Numbered from the stretch's first letter, positions 1-9,129 are shown. The stretch is 64,000 nt of DNA from an uncultured Bacteroidia bacterium (GCA_938086785.1 CALKCM010000014.1:2467-66466); one strand, 5' to 3'. Numbers and translations are program-made. Notes: a model not told the origin generated them from the letters alone.

Positions 1-642
1 ATCTCTATTCCAAACATCATCCTTTACCCCTTGAGATATTTGCCTGTTTCCTGAACTACTCTCTTGATTTTCTAATCTATTTAAAGAGGCATTCCGCTTT
101 CTCCATTTATGATAATCTTTTTCAGAGATGAAGGTATCAATTCTTATCCAATCTCCGGTTCTTTCAAGTGATTCTAAGGCTGCTTTACTACTGAGATGCA
201 AAAACTCATCATAATTTAATCCAAAAGCCTCTTGAAGGTTAACCTTATGTATTGCTTGTTGAGAGGATACTTCATCATCGCTATATATCAAATCAACTTG
301 AGACTTAATGATATTTGTAGTTTCGGATGCTAAGTCAGTATGTTTTAAGAAGTCTCCTTCCTCAATCCCAAATAATAATTTTAGAAACCGAATATTGCGT
401 AATTCCTCTTCTGAAATTAGGTTGTCATTTAAAACCACTTTTAAGTAAAACATCAGAAGAGGTAAGCTATTTTTTCTTAAATTATTTTTATCATTCGGAC
501 CATCAGCACTTAAGACATTCATACAATCCATTCTTGTTGTTTGAATCCCCTTTTCTGAAATAACTTGGGCTAAATCTATTGATGATTTATCAAGTTCTTG
601 AGATGATATAATGTAACTAAAAACGTGCTCTAAATCCTGCAT
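1..642 (-). CDS. Probable HNH endonuclease with helical (TerB-like) N-terminal region; 3' end runs off the window
   Basis: Not in the ORF track because there is no stop in the window. My manual translation from ATG at 642 is open for 214 codons and ends ...GNRQISQGVKDDVWNRD, the R-x-I-x3-VK-x2-VW-x-RD segment that precedes the CxxC of HNH nucleases. Confidence 0.65.
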   Translation of the reverse strand, partial: MQDLEHVFSYIISSQELDKSSIDLAQVISEKGIQTTRMDCMNVLSADGPNDKNNLRKNSLPLLMFYLKVVLNDNLISEEELRNIRFLKLLFGIEEGDFLKHTDLASETTNIIKSQVDLIYSDDEVSSQQAIHKVNLQEAFGLNYDEFLHLSSKAALESLERTGDWIRIDTFISEKDYHKWRKRNASLNRLENQESSSGNRQISQGVKDDVWNRD

Positions 643-702
643 TCTTTAACAAAACTAAACAAAAAAAAAGTTAATCTTTTTCTTAGATTGATTCTACAGA
701 TA

Positions 703-1014
703 CTACTTACCTTTAATATTTGGATACTCTTTACTTCTTAAAATGGCACTTACAATTAACAAAACTGACCATATAACATCCACCACATTCCATATCTCTC
801 GACCCAAGGCAATTTTAAAAATAGGTTGTATCAATAAAGCTGAAATAACCCATACAGTAAGCCATCCCTTATCCTCCTGTTCTAAATATGCGAGATATGC
901 AAATGCCCCGAATGCAATAAGTCTGAATAATTGGTAATATCCATAGGGCATATCAAATAGACAGGTCAATGATAATAGAGCCAAGATAATTTTTAGGATC
1001 CCGATATGCTTCAT
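703..1014 (-). CDS. DUF6804-like small membrane protein
   Basis: Hydrophobic protein with LCLFDMPYGYYQLFR and QPIFKIALGREIWNVVD motifs; ATG at 1014 preferred over the ORF-track start at 1029. Confidence 0.7.
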   Translation of the reverse strand: MKHIGILKIILALLSLTCLFDMPYGYYQLFRLIAFGAFAYLAYLEQEDKGWLTVWVISALLIQPIFKIALGREIWNVVDVIWSVLLIVSAILRSKEYPNIKGK

Positions 1015-1034
1015 TCGCTTTTTTTGCAACAGAT

Positions 1035-1271
1035 TTAATCAAAAAAAAGAACAATTAGAATTACAGATAAAACTATTAATCCTAAACTGACAGGGATAAC
1101 TAAATAAATATAAAATGATTCTATCTTACTCCTGTTTCGAGTCATAAATAAAGGATATTTATTCGAAAAATAATCTAAAATACTATTTTGTTGTTTCAAT
1201 AAAAAAAAGGCATTTAGAAAGAAAAAGTACGAAAAAATTATTGATGTTGATAGTCCTAAAATATAATCCAT
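1035..1271 (-). CDS. Small hypothetical membrane protein (two TM segments)
   Basis: 78-aa ATG ORF with two hydrophobic stretches, co-oriented with its neighbours. Confidence 0.5.
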   Translation of the reverse strand: MDYILGLSTSIIFSYFFFLNAFFLLKQQNSILDYFSNKYPLFMTRNRSKIESFYIYLVIPVSLGLIVLSVILIVLFFD

Positions 1272-1602
1272 AAATTTTGATTGTAAAGTTACAATAATTC
1301 CTATGAAAATATAAATGAGATTTCAGAAATCAAGCGCTTCCGTATCACTGTCACTTAGAGGGTTTTTTAACCAACGAGATTACAAATAAGGTGTTGACCC
1401 TTCCACTTCAATGACAATTTCTTCGCCTTTGGCTAAATGTTCATTTATTCTATTCAAAATGTCGGTTATCTCATTTTCCTCTTCCATACCGCTGAATTAA
1501 CAAATTAATGAGAGTCCCACACTTCAAAGTTTTGTTCTAAGGTGAAAAGACAAAATATGGTGTGAATTATTTGGCTACTTTTGTGAATCGAAGCTCAAAA
1601 TT

Positions 1603-2933
1603 ATGATTAAGAAAAGCATTGCTAAATTAGTTGGTTTAAAGAAAGATGAATTTGATTTGCTCGTAAAATCAGGTCAAATTCAACTACAATCAGCAAGACT
1701 CATTCCGTCACATAAGACGGGAGATGAGATGGCACTCACTTCAATTTTTATGAGTACCTTAAGGCTTGTCAAAGAGTTCAGGGATAACTTATTCAAGTCG
1801 ATTAAGCTAAGTAGAGCAGGGAAGGTTTATTTTTATACTGAGGCTTGTTTCCCTGACATCAATAAGTGCAGAATAGATGGGTTAGTAATTGTTGTAACAA
1901 AGGGAATTATTGCTGATGCTGCTTTTTTGAAATGAAGAATAAAGGTAATCAGATTGATGCCAATCAAATTGAGTCTTACCTTGAAATATCTAAGAAGCTT
2001 AAGGTAAATAAATTGGTGACTATTTCTAATGAATTTACATCAGAGCCAAAGATTTCGCCTTTAAAGATTAGAGTTCCAAAGAATATCTCATTGCTCCATT
2101 TCTCTTGGACTTATATAATAACGATAGGTCAACTTCTCCTATTCAAGAACGATACAAACATCGAGGATGAAGACCAAGTAGAAATTATGTCAGAGGCTCT
2201 ACATTACTTTGAGAACCCTTTATCAGGTATATCGGGCTACTCAAAAATGAAACCCGGTTGGAAGGTGTTGTGTGAATCGATAAGAGCGCAGAAACCAATG
2301 AAAGCAACTGATGATTACTTAGAGGATGCTTTATTAAGTTGGTATGAAGAAGAAAAAGACATAGCCCTTCTGCTAAGTCGAAAGTTAGGTGTACTTGTGA
2401 AGTCAACAATAAGAACTCCCACTTCAATCAAGAACGATGCCAAGAGACTAATCAAATATCATAGGATTCAGGGGTTGCTTTCCATTAAGAATGGTGTATC
2501 AGATATCAAGGTAATTTCAGACTTTGAGAGAAGGCTTGTATCAATGAGTATAAAGCTTATACCACCTTTAGATAAAGGGAATAAGGCTAAGATTACTTGG
2601 ATTACGAAACAGTTAGAAAAATGCAGCAAGAAATCACCTCAGGAGTTTGGTCATTTAATTAGTGAGATTTGGATTGAGGCGGATATAAAGTTTGCCAAAG
2701 AAAATATTAAAGTGAAATTAACAGATATTGACTCCTTAAATGAACTTACAGTCGGAAAGGTTATCCAAGGGTATAATGTAACAATTAGAAGAAGTTTTGG
2801 AGCTAAGTTCGCAAGCGCCAAGGGTTATATTCAAATGATTGAGCCAATGATTTTAGAGTTCTATGAGCTGATTGTCCAACATTCGAGCAGTTGGACTAAA
2901 CCTGCACCTAAAATTGTAAAAGATGCAGAGTAA
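1603..2933 (+). pseudogene. Frameshifted PD-(D/E)xK nuclease-like protein (stress-response/restriction-like family)
   Basis: ORFs 1603-1935 and 1932-2933 join if the T6 run at 1923-1928 is T7, giving RIDGLVIV...AAFFEMKNK (D...ExK motif). TACTTTTG promoter at 1576-1583. Confidence 0.65.
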
Positions 2934-3063
2934 TTTACTAAGCTCTCTAAAAATCTTCTAAGCCTGACATAAGATATCACTCAATGCCATATTATTCTGC
3001 CTTCCGATACTTTTATGCCTATGGGCTTATTTTGGTAGAAGTTGTATAAGGCAAGGCATAACC

Positions 3064-3150
3064 CCTAAACCTAATTTACTAACCCTAAACATTTGGGGGT
3101 AAACTATATATATTTGTGGTATGAAAAAGATGTTATTCTTGGTATTTGCA
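3064..3150 (+). repeat. Promoter + signal-peptide module P, copy 1 (copy 2 at 6281-6367)
   Basis: 87-bp near-identical direct repeat cctaaacctaatttactaaccctaaacatttgggggtaa...tatatttgtg(g/a)tatgaaaaagatgttattcttggt(a/t)tttgca; contains TATATTTG (-7 box) and encodes [10 protein letters not shown]. Confidence 0.95.
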
Positions 3151-3911
3151 ATGGCTAATACAGTGGTTTACGCTCAGTCAAAAAAGCAGCAAATTATTAT
3201 TCTTAATGACGAAATTATTACTCTTAATAATAGGGTTGATAGCTTTAGATTAGCTCTGTCTAATGAGACACAAATAAAACTCAAGAATGAAAAAAGAGAT
3301 GCACTAAAAATTAGTGATTTGGAGAGAGAAAATAAGGAACTAAAGACTGTCAATGACAATTTTTCTATACGAAACTCTGCGTTGCAAGAAAAATATGATG
3401 AACTGCTTCTCAAATTAGAAACAGCACAAGAGAATCTTTCTATTGCTAGTGATACAATATCTAAAATGCGAAAGAAAATAAAAATGGATAAGTCTAGACA
3501 CGAAGAGGCTCAGGTTAATCAAACAAATAATCTTGAGACAAATAAAACATTACTTCCTCAGTCCATTGATTACGATGGTAAGCCTGACTTAGAATATACA
3601 ATGAGATTATCGCGCTTGATTCTTATGACGAAAACGATTATGAGGGATCATATATAAGAATGAAGTTGAATGATAAGGAGGTGATACTAAAAATGCAAAA
3701 ACATTATTCCTCAAAAGCTAGAAGGGTATATTCTAATAGTGATTATGTGGTTACATTTGATGGAATTATTTATGGTAAGTGTGCTGGCGAAGGAGCACAA
3801 TATTTAACTGGAAAATTATTGATTCAGACTAGTTCAGATCAAAATAGTATCACATTTAAAGGCTCCGACGCGCTATATTCTAGCAAGGAATGTCAAGAAA
3901 TGAGCCAATAG
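3121..3911 (+). pseudogene. Secreted coiled-coil protein, split by a frameshift near 3590-3600
   Basis: ORF 3121-3657 has a signal peptide and coiled coil. The frame of ORF 3660-3911 is open back to 3588 (YNEIIALDSYDENDYEGSYIRMKL...), so a single indel joins them. Confidence 0.55.
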
Positions 3912-3976
3912 GATTTTCGGGCTCCGGTTGCCCGTTAACTCCGGTAAATCACCCTGTTTGGGGCACTTGTCCCTAG
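3902..3976 (+). pseudogene. Orphan DUF285/BspA C-terminal cap
   Basis: Translates EPIGFSGSGCPLTPVNHPVWGTCP*, matching the 6084-6227 cap and the C-termini (PxWGTCPP*) of the two intact DUF285 genes. Confidence 0.9.
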
Positions 3977-3996
3977 AGACTAATTAAAAATATACC

Positions 3997-4024
3997 AAGC
4001 CTCTTCTTCGTAAGGGGCTTTTTT
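3997..4024 (+). terminator. Rho-independent terminator
   Basis: aagcctctt-cttcgt-aaggggctt hairpin followed by a T-run. Confidence 0.75.
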
Positions 4025-4086
4025 ATGCCATCCAATTGCCCAATTACCTCTATTTAGGTATATATCTATAAAAGGATATAATAGCC

Positions 4087-4369
4087 ACGGCAAATAAAAC
4101 GGGAATCAAGTATGGCGGTAGACAAAAAGGTACAGCAAGGCTTTTACAGGGCTTTTAGAAGGCAATATGGGAAGATTACAAGAGTTGCTCGATAAAGTCG
4201 CTGAAAAGAACCCTCAGAACTAATGTTAAAGCTATCAGAGTTTGTTCTTCCTAACCTAAGAGCTATCGAGGTTAATAATGAGCCAGAGGATAAGCATACC
4301 TCTCTAAATATTAATATAATTGATACTGGAGTTCCTTTGGCGAGTTGTGAAGCTGATGTGGTTGATTAG
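4087..4369 (+). pseudogene. Degraded small-terminase-like (GGRxKGT motif) gene, copy 1
   Basis: Begins with ACG (possibly a mutated ATG), then ANKTGIKYGGRQKGT; continues through frameshifts as GLLEGNMGRLQELLDKVAEKNPQ...LKLSEFVLPNLRAIEVNNEPEDKHTSLNINIIDTGVPLASCEADVVD*. Confidence 0.6.
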
Positions 4370-4402
4370 GTCACTCCCCCCTAAGATTATATATTTGTCA
4401 AT

Positions 4403-5812
4403 ATGAAGTTTTCCAGTAAAGTAATACCGCTTATCCTATTATTCTTTTTTGCAAATGATGTTTTAGCACAAAAAATCATTAAAGCTAAAAAAGTAACCAC
4501 ACACAATGGTCTGGTTTGTTATGTGAAAAAATTAACTCCAGTTACTGGAAGAGTTTCAGAGGAGTTTCAAAACATAAAACAGCTAAAGTCTGAAACTGAC
4601 TATATAGATGGTAAGAAAGAGGGTTTGTATAAAGAATGGGATAAAAAAGGGAAGTTAAAGATTAATGTAAATTATATCAATGGTTTAAAAGATGGCTTAT
4701 GTAAGGAGTGGTACCATAACGGGCAGATAAGTAAAGAACAACATTATAAAGACGGTAAGAAAGATGGCTTATGTAATGAGTGGTCCTATGACGGGCAGAT
4801 AATTAAAGAACAACATTATAAAGACGGTAAGAAAGATGGCTTACATAAGGTTTGGCGCGAAAACGGGCAGATAAAGTCTGAAATTAACTATTTAGATGAT
4901 AAGATAGACGGCCTCTGTAAACGCTGGTCAGAAAACAGCGGAAAATTAACGGAAAACCGAAACTACAAAAATGGGCTTCCCGTTGAAGTGAGTGCTTACG
5001 AAATAGAGTTTAAAGGTTCAGATTACTTGTCTGAACTTTGTTATTACAAAAATAAATCAATTCTTTTCACTGGAAGAGTTTCAGAAAAGTTTCTAAACAT
5101 AAAACAGCTAAAGTCTGAAACTGACTATATAGACGGTAAGAAAGATGGCTTACATAAGGTTTGGTTTGAAAATGGCAATTTACGAGCTCAGGGTAATTAT
5201 AAGGAAGGTAAACGAGTGGGTTTGCATAAGACTTGGTCCAAAAACGGGCATTTATTTTTTGAGGGTAATTATAATGAAGGTAAAGAAGTGGGAGTTCGTA
5301 AATTCTGGCACGAAAACGGGCAGTTATACGGAGAAGAAAATTACAATGATGGTATGAAGGTTGGTTTATGGAAGGAGTGGTACGAAAACGGGCAGATAAA
5401 GAAGGAGGAAAATTACAATGATGGTATGGAGGTTGGTTTATGGAAGGAGTGGTACGAAAACGGACAGATAAAGAAGGAGAAAAATTACAATGATTATACA
5501 GAAAAGGAGTGGTATGAAAATGGGAAGGTAAAACCAAAAACCTATACCTTCGATGAAGCAAATAGGTTTATGAAAAGTCGTTGTAGAAAAACTAACCATA
5601 CTATATTAAAGACACATAGTTACACTTTTGAAGGAACTGTGGTATATTGTTTTCTTACTTGTAACTCCGATATGTTAGACCCCTATAAGAGAGTTGCCCC
5701 TAAAAATCAGTCAGTATGTATTAGTATGATATCTGAAAAAAAACTTGAAGTTATAGCAGCTGATTGTGGCTCTCAAGATAGAAAACTACGAGATTGGGAA
5801 AATCTTTTTTAA
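4403..5812 (+). CDS. Secreted MORN-variant repeat protein (YwqK-like family)
   Basis: Signal peptide, many GxKxGLxKxWYxNGQI repeats and a Cys-containing C-terminal domain; TATATTTG promoter at 4390-4397. Confidence 0.9.
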   Translation: MKFSSKVIPLILLFFFANDVLAQKIIKAKKVTTHNGLVCYVKKLTPVTGRVSEEFQNIKQLKSETDYIDGKKEGLYKEWDKKGKLKINVNYINGLKDGLCKEWYHNGQISKEQHYKDGKKDGLCNEWSYDGQIIKEQHYKDGKKDGLHKVWRENGQIKSEINYLDDKIDGLCKRWSENSGKLTENRNYKNGLPVEVSAYEIEFKGSDYLSELCYYKNKSILFTGRVSEKFLNIKQLKSETDYIDGKKDGLHKVWFENGNLRAQGNYKEGKRVGLHKTWSKNGHLFFEGNYNEGKEVGVRKFWHENGQLYGEENYNDGMKVGLWKEWYENGQIKKEENYNDGMEVGLWKEWYENGQIKKEKNYNDYTEKEWYENGKVKPKTYTFDEANRFMKSRCRKTNHTILKTHSYTFEGTVVYCFLTCNSDMLDPYKRVAPKNQSVCISMISEKKLEVIAADCGSQDRKLRDWENLF

Positions 5813-5838
5813 AAAACAGTCTTATTGCTCCACTTATA

Positions 5839-6039
5839 GGCAAGGTCCAAGAACTCTTCGATAAAGTCGCTGAAAAGAACCCTCAGAAAGCATTAGAATT
5901 ACTCTTAAAACTATCTGAATTTGCTTTACCTAAACTACGAGCTATTGAGGTTAATAATCAGCCAGAGGATAAGCATACCTCACTGAACATAAATATTATT
6001 GATACTGGAGTTCCTTTGGCGAGTTGTGAGGCGGATTAG
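5839..6039 (+). pseudogene. 5'-truncated small-terminase-like remnant, copy 2
   Basis: ~200-bp diverged direct repeat of 4169-4369 (GKVQELFDKVAEKNPQKALELLLKLSEFALPKLRAIEV...LASCEAD*). Confidence 0.7.
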
Positions 6040-6083
6040 TCTTTAAAATTGAATAGAGACAATTCATACTCAGTAATGATAAT

Positions 6084-6227
6084 ATGTTTGATAGGGCATC
6101 GTCCTTCAATCAAGATTTAACTCAGTGGTGTGTGACTTTAATTCCAAAGGAGCCACTTCTTTTTTCAGGGTCTGGTTGCCCTTTAACTCCGGCAAACAAA
6201 CCCGTATGGGGCACTTGTCCCCCTTAA
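6084..6227 (+). pseudogene. Orphan DUF285/BspA last repeat + C-terminal cap
   Basis: In-frame MFDRASSFNQDLTQWCVTLIPKEPLLFSGSGCPLTPANKPVWGTCPP*. Confidence 0.9.
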
Positions 6228-6231
6228 AAAT

Positions 6232-6282
6232 AGAATAGGCTTTATTCCCAATTACTGACAGTAAACCATTGGGCTATATACC
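6232..6282. repeat. Non-coding element E, truncated copy 1
   Basis: agaataggctttattcccaattactgacagtaaaccattgggctatatacc, matching the 7116, 14471 and 16084 copies; runs directly into module P. Confidence 0.9.
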
Positions 6283-6367
6283 TAAACCTAATTTACTAAC
6301 CCTAAACATTTGGGGGTAATATCTATATATTTGTGATATGAAAAAGATGTTATTCTTGGTTTTTGCA
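6281..6367 (+). repeat. Promoter + signal-peptide module P, copy 2
   Basis: Direct repeat of 3064-3150; TATATTTG at 6326-6333, ATG at 6338. Confidence 0.95.
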
Positions 6368-7111
6368 GCAATTGTAATGTTGGCAACAACATCAAGTAGT
6401 TTTTCAGGAGATGTTGGAAATAAGAATAGTAACAATAGCGAATGTATTAAGTGTAATGAATTTGAGGTTGGTGAAACTTTCGAGCTTGATGGTGTCACCT
6501 ATACGGTTGCGGATAGGAAAATGTTAGATGAAGCATTCGAAAAAGGTAAAGACTTGACAAAATATTGCACATCTAAAGTGGCTGATATGAGTAGTATGTT
6601 TACGAGAGCTAAATCCTTCAATCAAAATATTGGCAGTTGGGATGTGAGTAATGTGACTGATATGAGTGGGATGTTTTCGTTTGCTACATCCTTCAACCAA
6701 GATATAGGCAATTGGGATGTGAGTAATGTAACTAATATGGGGGGTTTGTTCTTACAAGCTGCATCCTTCAACCAAGATATAGGCAATTGGGATGTGAGTA
6801 ATGTGACTGAAATGAGTATTATGTTTTATAAAGCAACGTCCTTCAACCAAAATATTGGCAATTGGGATGTGAGTAATGTGACTAATATGTATGGTATGTT
6901 TGGGTTTGCTAAACTCTTCAACCAAAATATTGGAAATTGGGATGTGAGTAATGTGACTGATATGAGTAGGATGTTCTATGATAATCCATTATTCAACCAA
7001 GATTTATCACAGTGGTGTGTGTCAAAAATCCCTTCCATCCCGGTAAAATTTTCTTATATAAGCGGATTAACTCGGGCAAACCAACCTATATGGGGTACTT
7101 GTCCTCCTTAA
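6338..7111 (+). CDS. DUF285/BspA-family leucine-rich-repeat surface protein
   Basis: Signal peptide, CxxC N-cap, five 25-aa [25 protein letters not shown] repeats (75-bp period from 6584), terminal repeat and WCV...PIWGTCPP cap. Confidence 0.95.
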   Translation: MKKMLFLVFAAIVMLATTSSSFSGDVGNKNSNNSECIKCNEFEVGETFELDGVTYTVADRKMLDEAFEKGKDLTKYCTSKVADMSSMFTRAKSFNQNIGSWDVSNVTDMSGMFSFATSFNQDIGNWDVSNVTNMGGLFLQAASFNQDIGNWDVSNVTEMSIMFYKATSFNQNIGNWDVSNVTNMYGMFGFAKLFNQNIGNWDVSNVTDMSRMFYDNPLFNQDLSQWCVSKIPSIPVKFSYISGLTRANQPIWGTCPP

Positions 7112-7115
7112 AGAC

Positions 7116-7244
7116 AGAATAGGCTTTATTCCCAATAACTGACAGTAAGCCATAGGGTTATATACCCGTTCTGAGCAAAGCCTTCAAATAAGAAGCCTAT
7201 CTTTTAAAGGGGTGTGGGGGTGTTAAACAAGAAAAAATAGTTCG
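7116..7244. repeat. Non-coding element E, copy 2
   Basis: Aligns by eye with 16084-16208 and 14471-14583 (tatacccgttctgagcaaag..ttcaaa.aagaag...ggtgtt.aa.aa.aaaa.tagttcg). Confidence 0.95.
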
Positions 7245-7255
7245 TTTTTTTCACG

Positions 7256-7281
7256 TTTTACTGACAGTTTTTACTGACAGT
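7256..7281. repeat. Tandem 13-bp direct repeat (ttttactgacagt x2), integrase arm-site-like
   Basis: Perfect tandem ~110 bp from the tRNA-fMet 3' end; the TTACTGACAGT core also occurs within element E. Confidence 0.8.
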
Positions 7282-7349
7282 TTTGTATATTCGTATAAAT
7301 CGTCAGCCCTTTAAAACCGGGTGATACGCAAAAGTAGAGTAGATGTCAT

Positions 7350-7378
7350 AAAAAAAGCCTCACATTTCTGTAAGGCTT
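7350..7378 (-). terminator. Terminator downstream of tRNA-fMet
   Basis: Minus strand AAGCCTTACAGAAATGTGAGGCTTTTTTT hairpin with U-tract. Confidence 0.8.
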
Positions 7379-7389
7379 GTATTTACTAG

Positions 7390-7461
<72 letters not shown>

Positions 7462-7555
7462 ATATATCTTTTTCTGCTTGCTGTGAAGCAGAAGATTCGC
7501 TTAAAAAAAGAATTAAATTAACTCCTCTAAAACCAATCTGTTTGTCTCAAATAAC

Positions 7556-7570
7556 GAGGTGCAAATCTAA
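7556..7570 (-). promoter_or_regulatory. Bacteroidota -7 promoter for tRNA-fMet
   Basis: TTAGATTTGCACCTC (TAnnTTTG); the identical 15-mer lies upstream of tRNA-Glu at 16396-16410. Confidence 0.7.
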
Positions 7571-7944
7571 CCTTAAATTCTCAATTGTACAAAAGGGAGC
7601 CGCTTTTATTTTTTAAAATATACTTGGCAGAGGTCGCACTACAGCAAAGGGAATAGCACTGCTCAAAATGCCCTGGATCTATACAATGGTTCATGATCTC
7701 ATCATAAATTAATCTCATGATAGCAAAAAAGAACGGCATAAATAAAATCGTAGAAGCCCGTTTAAGCTATAATTAAAGTCAAACGAATGTCAGATTGAAA
7801 TAATTTTATAGCTAAAATAATATCTTTAAGTGATTGAATTATATGTATACTTAAGTAGGCATTTCAATTTTATTTTTTTTGATGAATGAGTAAACTTTCT
7901 TAAAAGTAATTATGTTCCTCTCTATGAATTCATAAAAATAAAAT

Positions 7945-9084
7945 ATGATTAGAAAATCACTCAAAAACGCCTTAATCCTTATTGCCGGTCTATCCATGAC
8001 CGCAGCAGAAGCTCAAACCAATGTATATGATAATGTCATAGCTGTGAGTCCTGTACACACCTCCTTAAAAGCTGCAGTAGATAAAGCTGGCCTTGCCAGC
8101 GTACTTAAATCTGCAGATTCCAATTATACAGTATTTGCGCCGGACAATGCTGCTTTTGATCAATTGGCCAAAGACTTAAAAACAGACATTGCAGGATTAT
8201 TAGCCTTACCCAATTTAGCTGATATTTTATTATACCACGTTTTGGGAACCGAAGCAAAAGCTGCTGACGTAACAAACGGAGCTTTAGTAAACCCATTAGG
8301 AGGAACCAACAGCATTAAATTAACAAAATCAAAAGATGGAATGTCTATCCATGCCAATCAAGCTTTAGTAAATAGAGCCGATGTAGATGTAGATAATGGA
8401 GTAGTACACTCTTTAAATTCTGTACTCTTAGCTGGTGAAACAGTAGTAGATATTGCCTTAGATAATGGGTTTACCTCGCTAGCTGCCGCAGTAATAGAAG
8501 CGCGATTATTACCCGCTTTAACTGACCCATTTGGTATTGTAACTGTATTTGCACCAACCAATAAAGCCTTTGATGATTTTGCAAGTGCAAATAAATTAAC
8601 TATTGCTGAGCTTTTAGCCCTTCCAACTTTAGCCGATGTACTTACCTACCATGTAGTAAGTGGTTCAGTTAAAGCAGCAGATTTAACCAACGGAAATGTA
8701 ACTACCTTAAATGGAAAGGACGTGTTGGTAAATTTAGCCATGGGAGTAAGAATAAACAGTGCTACGGTAACCAAAGCAGATCTTACCGCTTCAAACGGTG
8801 TGGTGCATGTGATTGATGAAGTATTAGACGAAAAGTTTCTGAGCAGTAAAACACTTAATGCTCAAGTTATTTCTATTTATCCAAATCCAAGTTCTTCAGT
8901 AGTAAACATTGCCTTAAATAGTTCAAGTCCTTATTATATTACAGATATGACAGGAAGAGCCGTACGATCAGGAGTATTGTCAGAAAACACCTCTATCGAT
9001 ATTTCAGGCCTAACCAATGGAACATATGTATTAAACATTAATGAAGCAGACGCGAAATATGTCGCAACCTTCATCAAAAACTAA
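7945..9084 (+). CDS. Fasciclin (2x FAS1) domain protein with T9SS type-A CTD
   Basis: TVFAPDNAAF/TVFAPTNKAF, LLYHV and NGVVH motifs; C-terminal IYPNP...GTY...FIK. Confidence 0.93.
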   Translation: MIRKSLKNALILIAGLSMTAAEAQTNVYDNVIAVSPVHTSLKAAVDKAGLASVLKSADSNYTVFAPDNAAFDQLAKDLKTDIAGLLALPNLADILLYHVLGTEAKAADVTNGALVNPLGGTNSIKLTKSKDGMSIHANQALVNRADVDVDNGVVHSLNSVLLAGETVVDIALDNGFTSLAAAVIEARLLPALTDPFGIVTVFAPTNKAFDDFASANKLTIAELLALPTLADVLTYHVVSGSVKAADLTNGNVTTLNGKDVLVNLAMGVRINSATVTKADLTASNGVVHVIDEVLDEKFLSSKTLNAQVISIYPNPSSSVVNIALNSSSPYYITDMTGRAVRSGVLSENTSIDISGLTNGTYVLNINEADAKYVATFIKN

Positions 9085-9103
9085 CATTTTATTTTTCTTT
9101 CTT

Positions 9104-9129
9104 AAAGGCGGCCTTGGTCGCCTTTTTTT
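9104..9129 (+). terminator. Rho-independent terminator
   Basis: aaaggcggcc-tt-ggtcgccttttttt between convergent genes. Confidence 0.8.

Noticed and set aside
327-563. Plus-strand 78-aa ORF and the many other short ORFs antisense to or nested in long genes (e.g. 5067-5561, 10951-12063, 35495-35938, 53390-53866)
   Set aside because: Shadow ORFs opposite or within well-supported genes, with no recognisable motifs.
1380-1487. 35-codon minus-strand ORF MEEENEITDILNRINEHLAKGEEIVIEVEGSTPYL
   Set aside because: Looks protein-like but is too short to support as a gene or assign; may be a fragment.
4403-5812. Toxin-antitoxin system (YwqK antitoxin label)
   Set aside because: The label reflects MORN-variant repeats only. 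The protein has a signal peptide and no adjacent toxin gene is evident.
5794-6039. Intact 81-aa gene
   Set aside because: The TTG start overlaps the MORN gene end and homology to 4169-4369 begins only at ~5839, so it is a truncated remnant.
7556-7570. Identical 15-mer upstream of both tRNAs as evidence of a duplication or att site
   Set aside because: It is the Bacteroidota -7 promoter consensus plus start region, expected at stable-RNA promoters.
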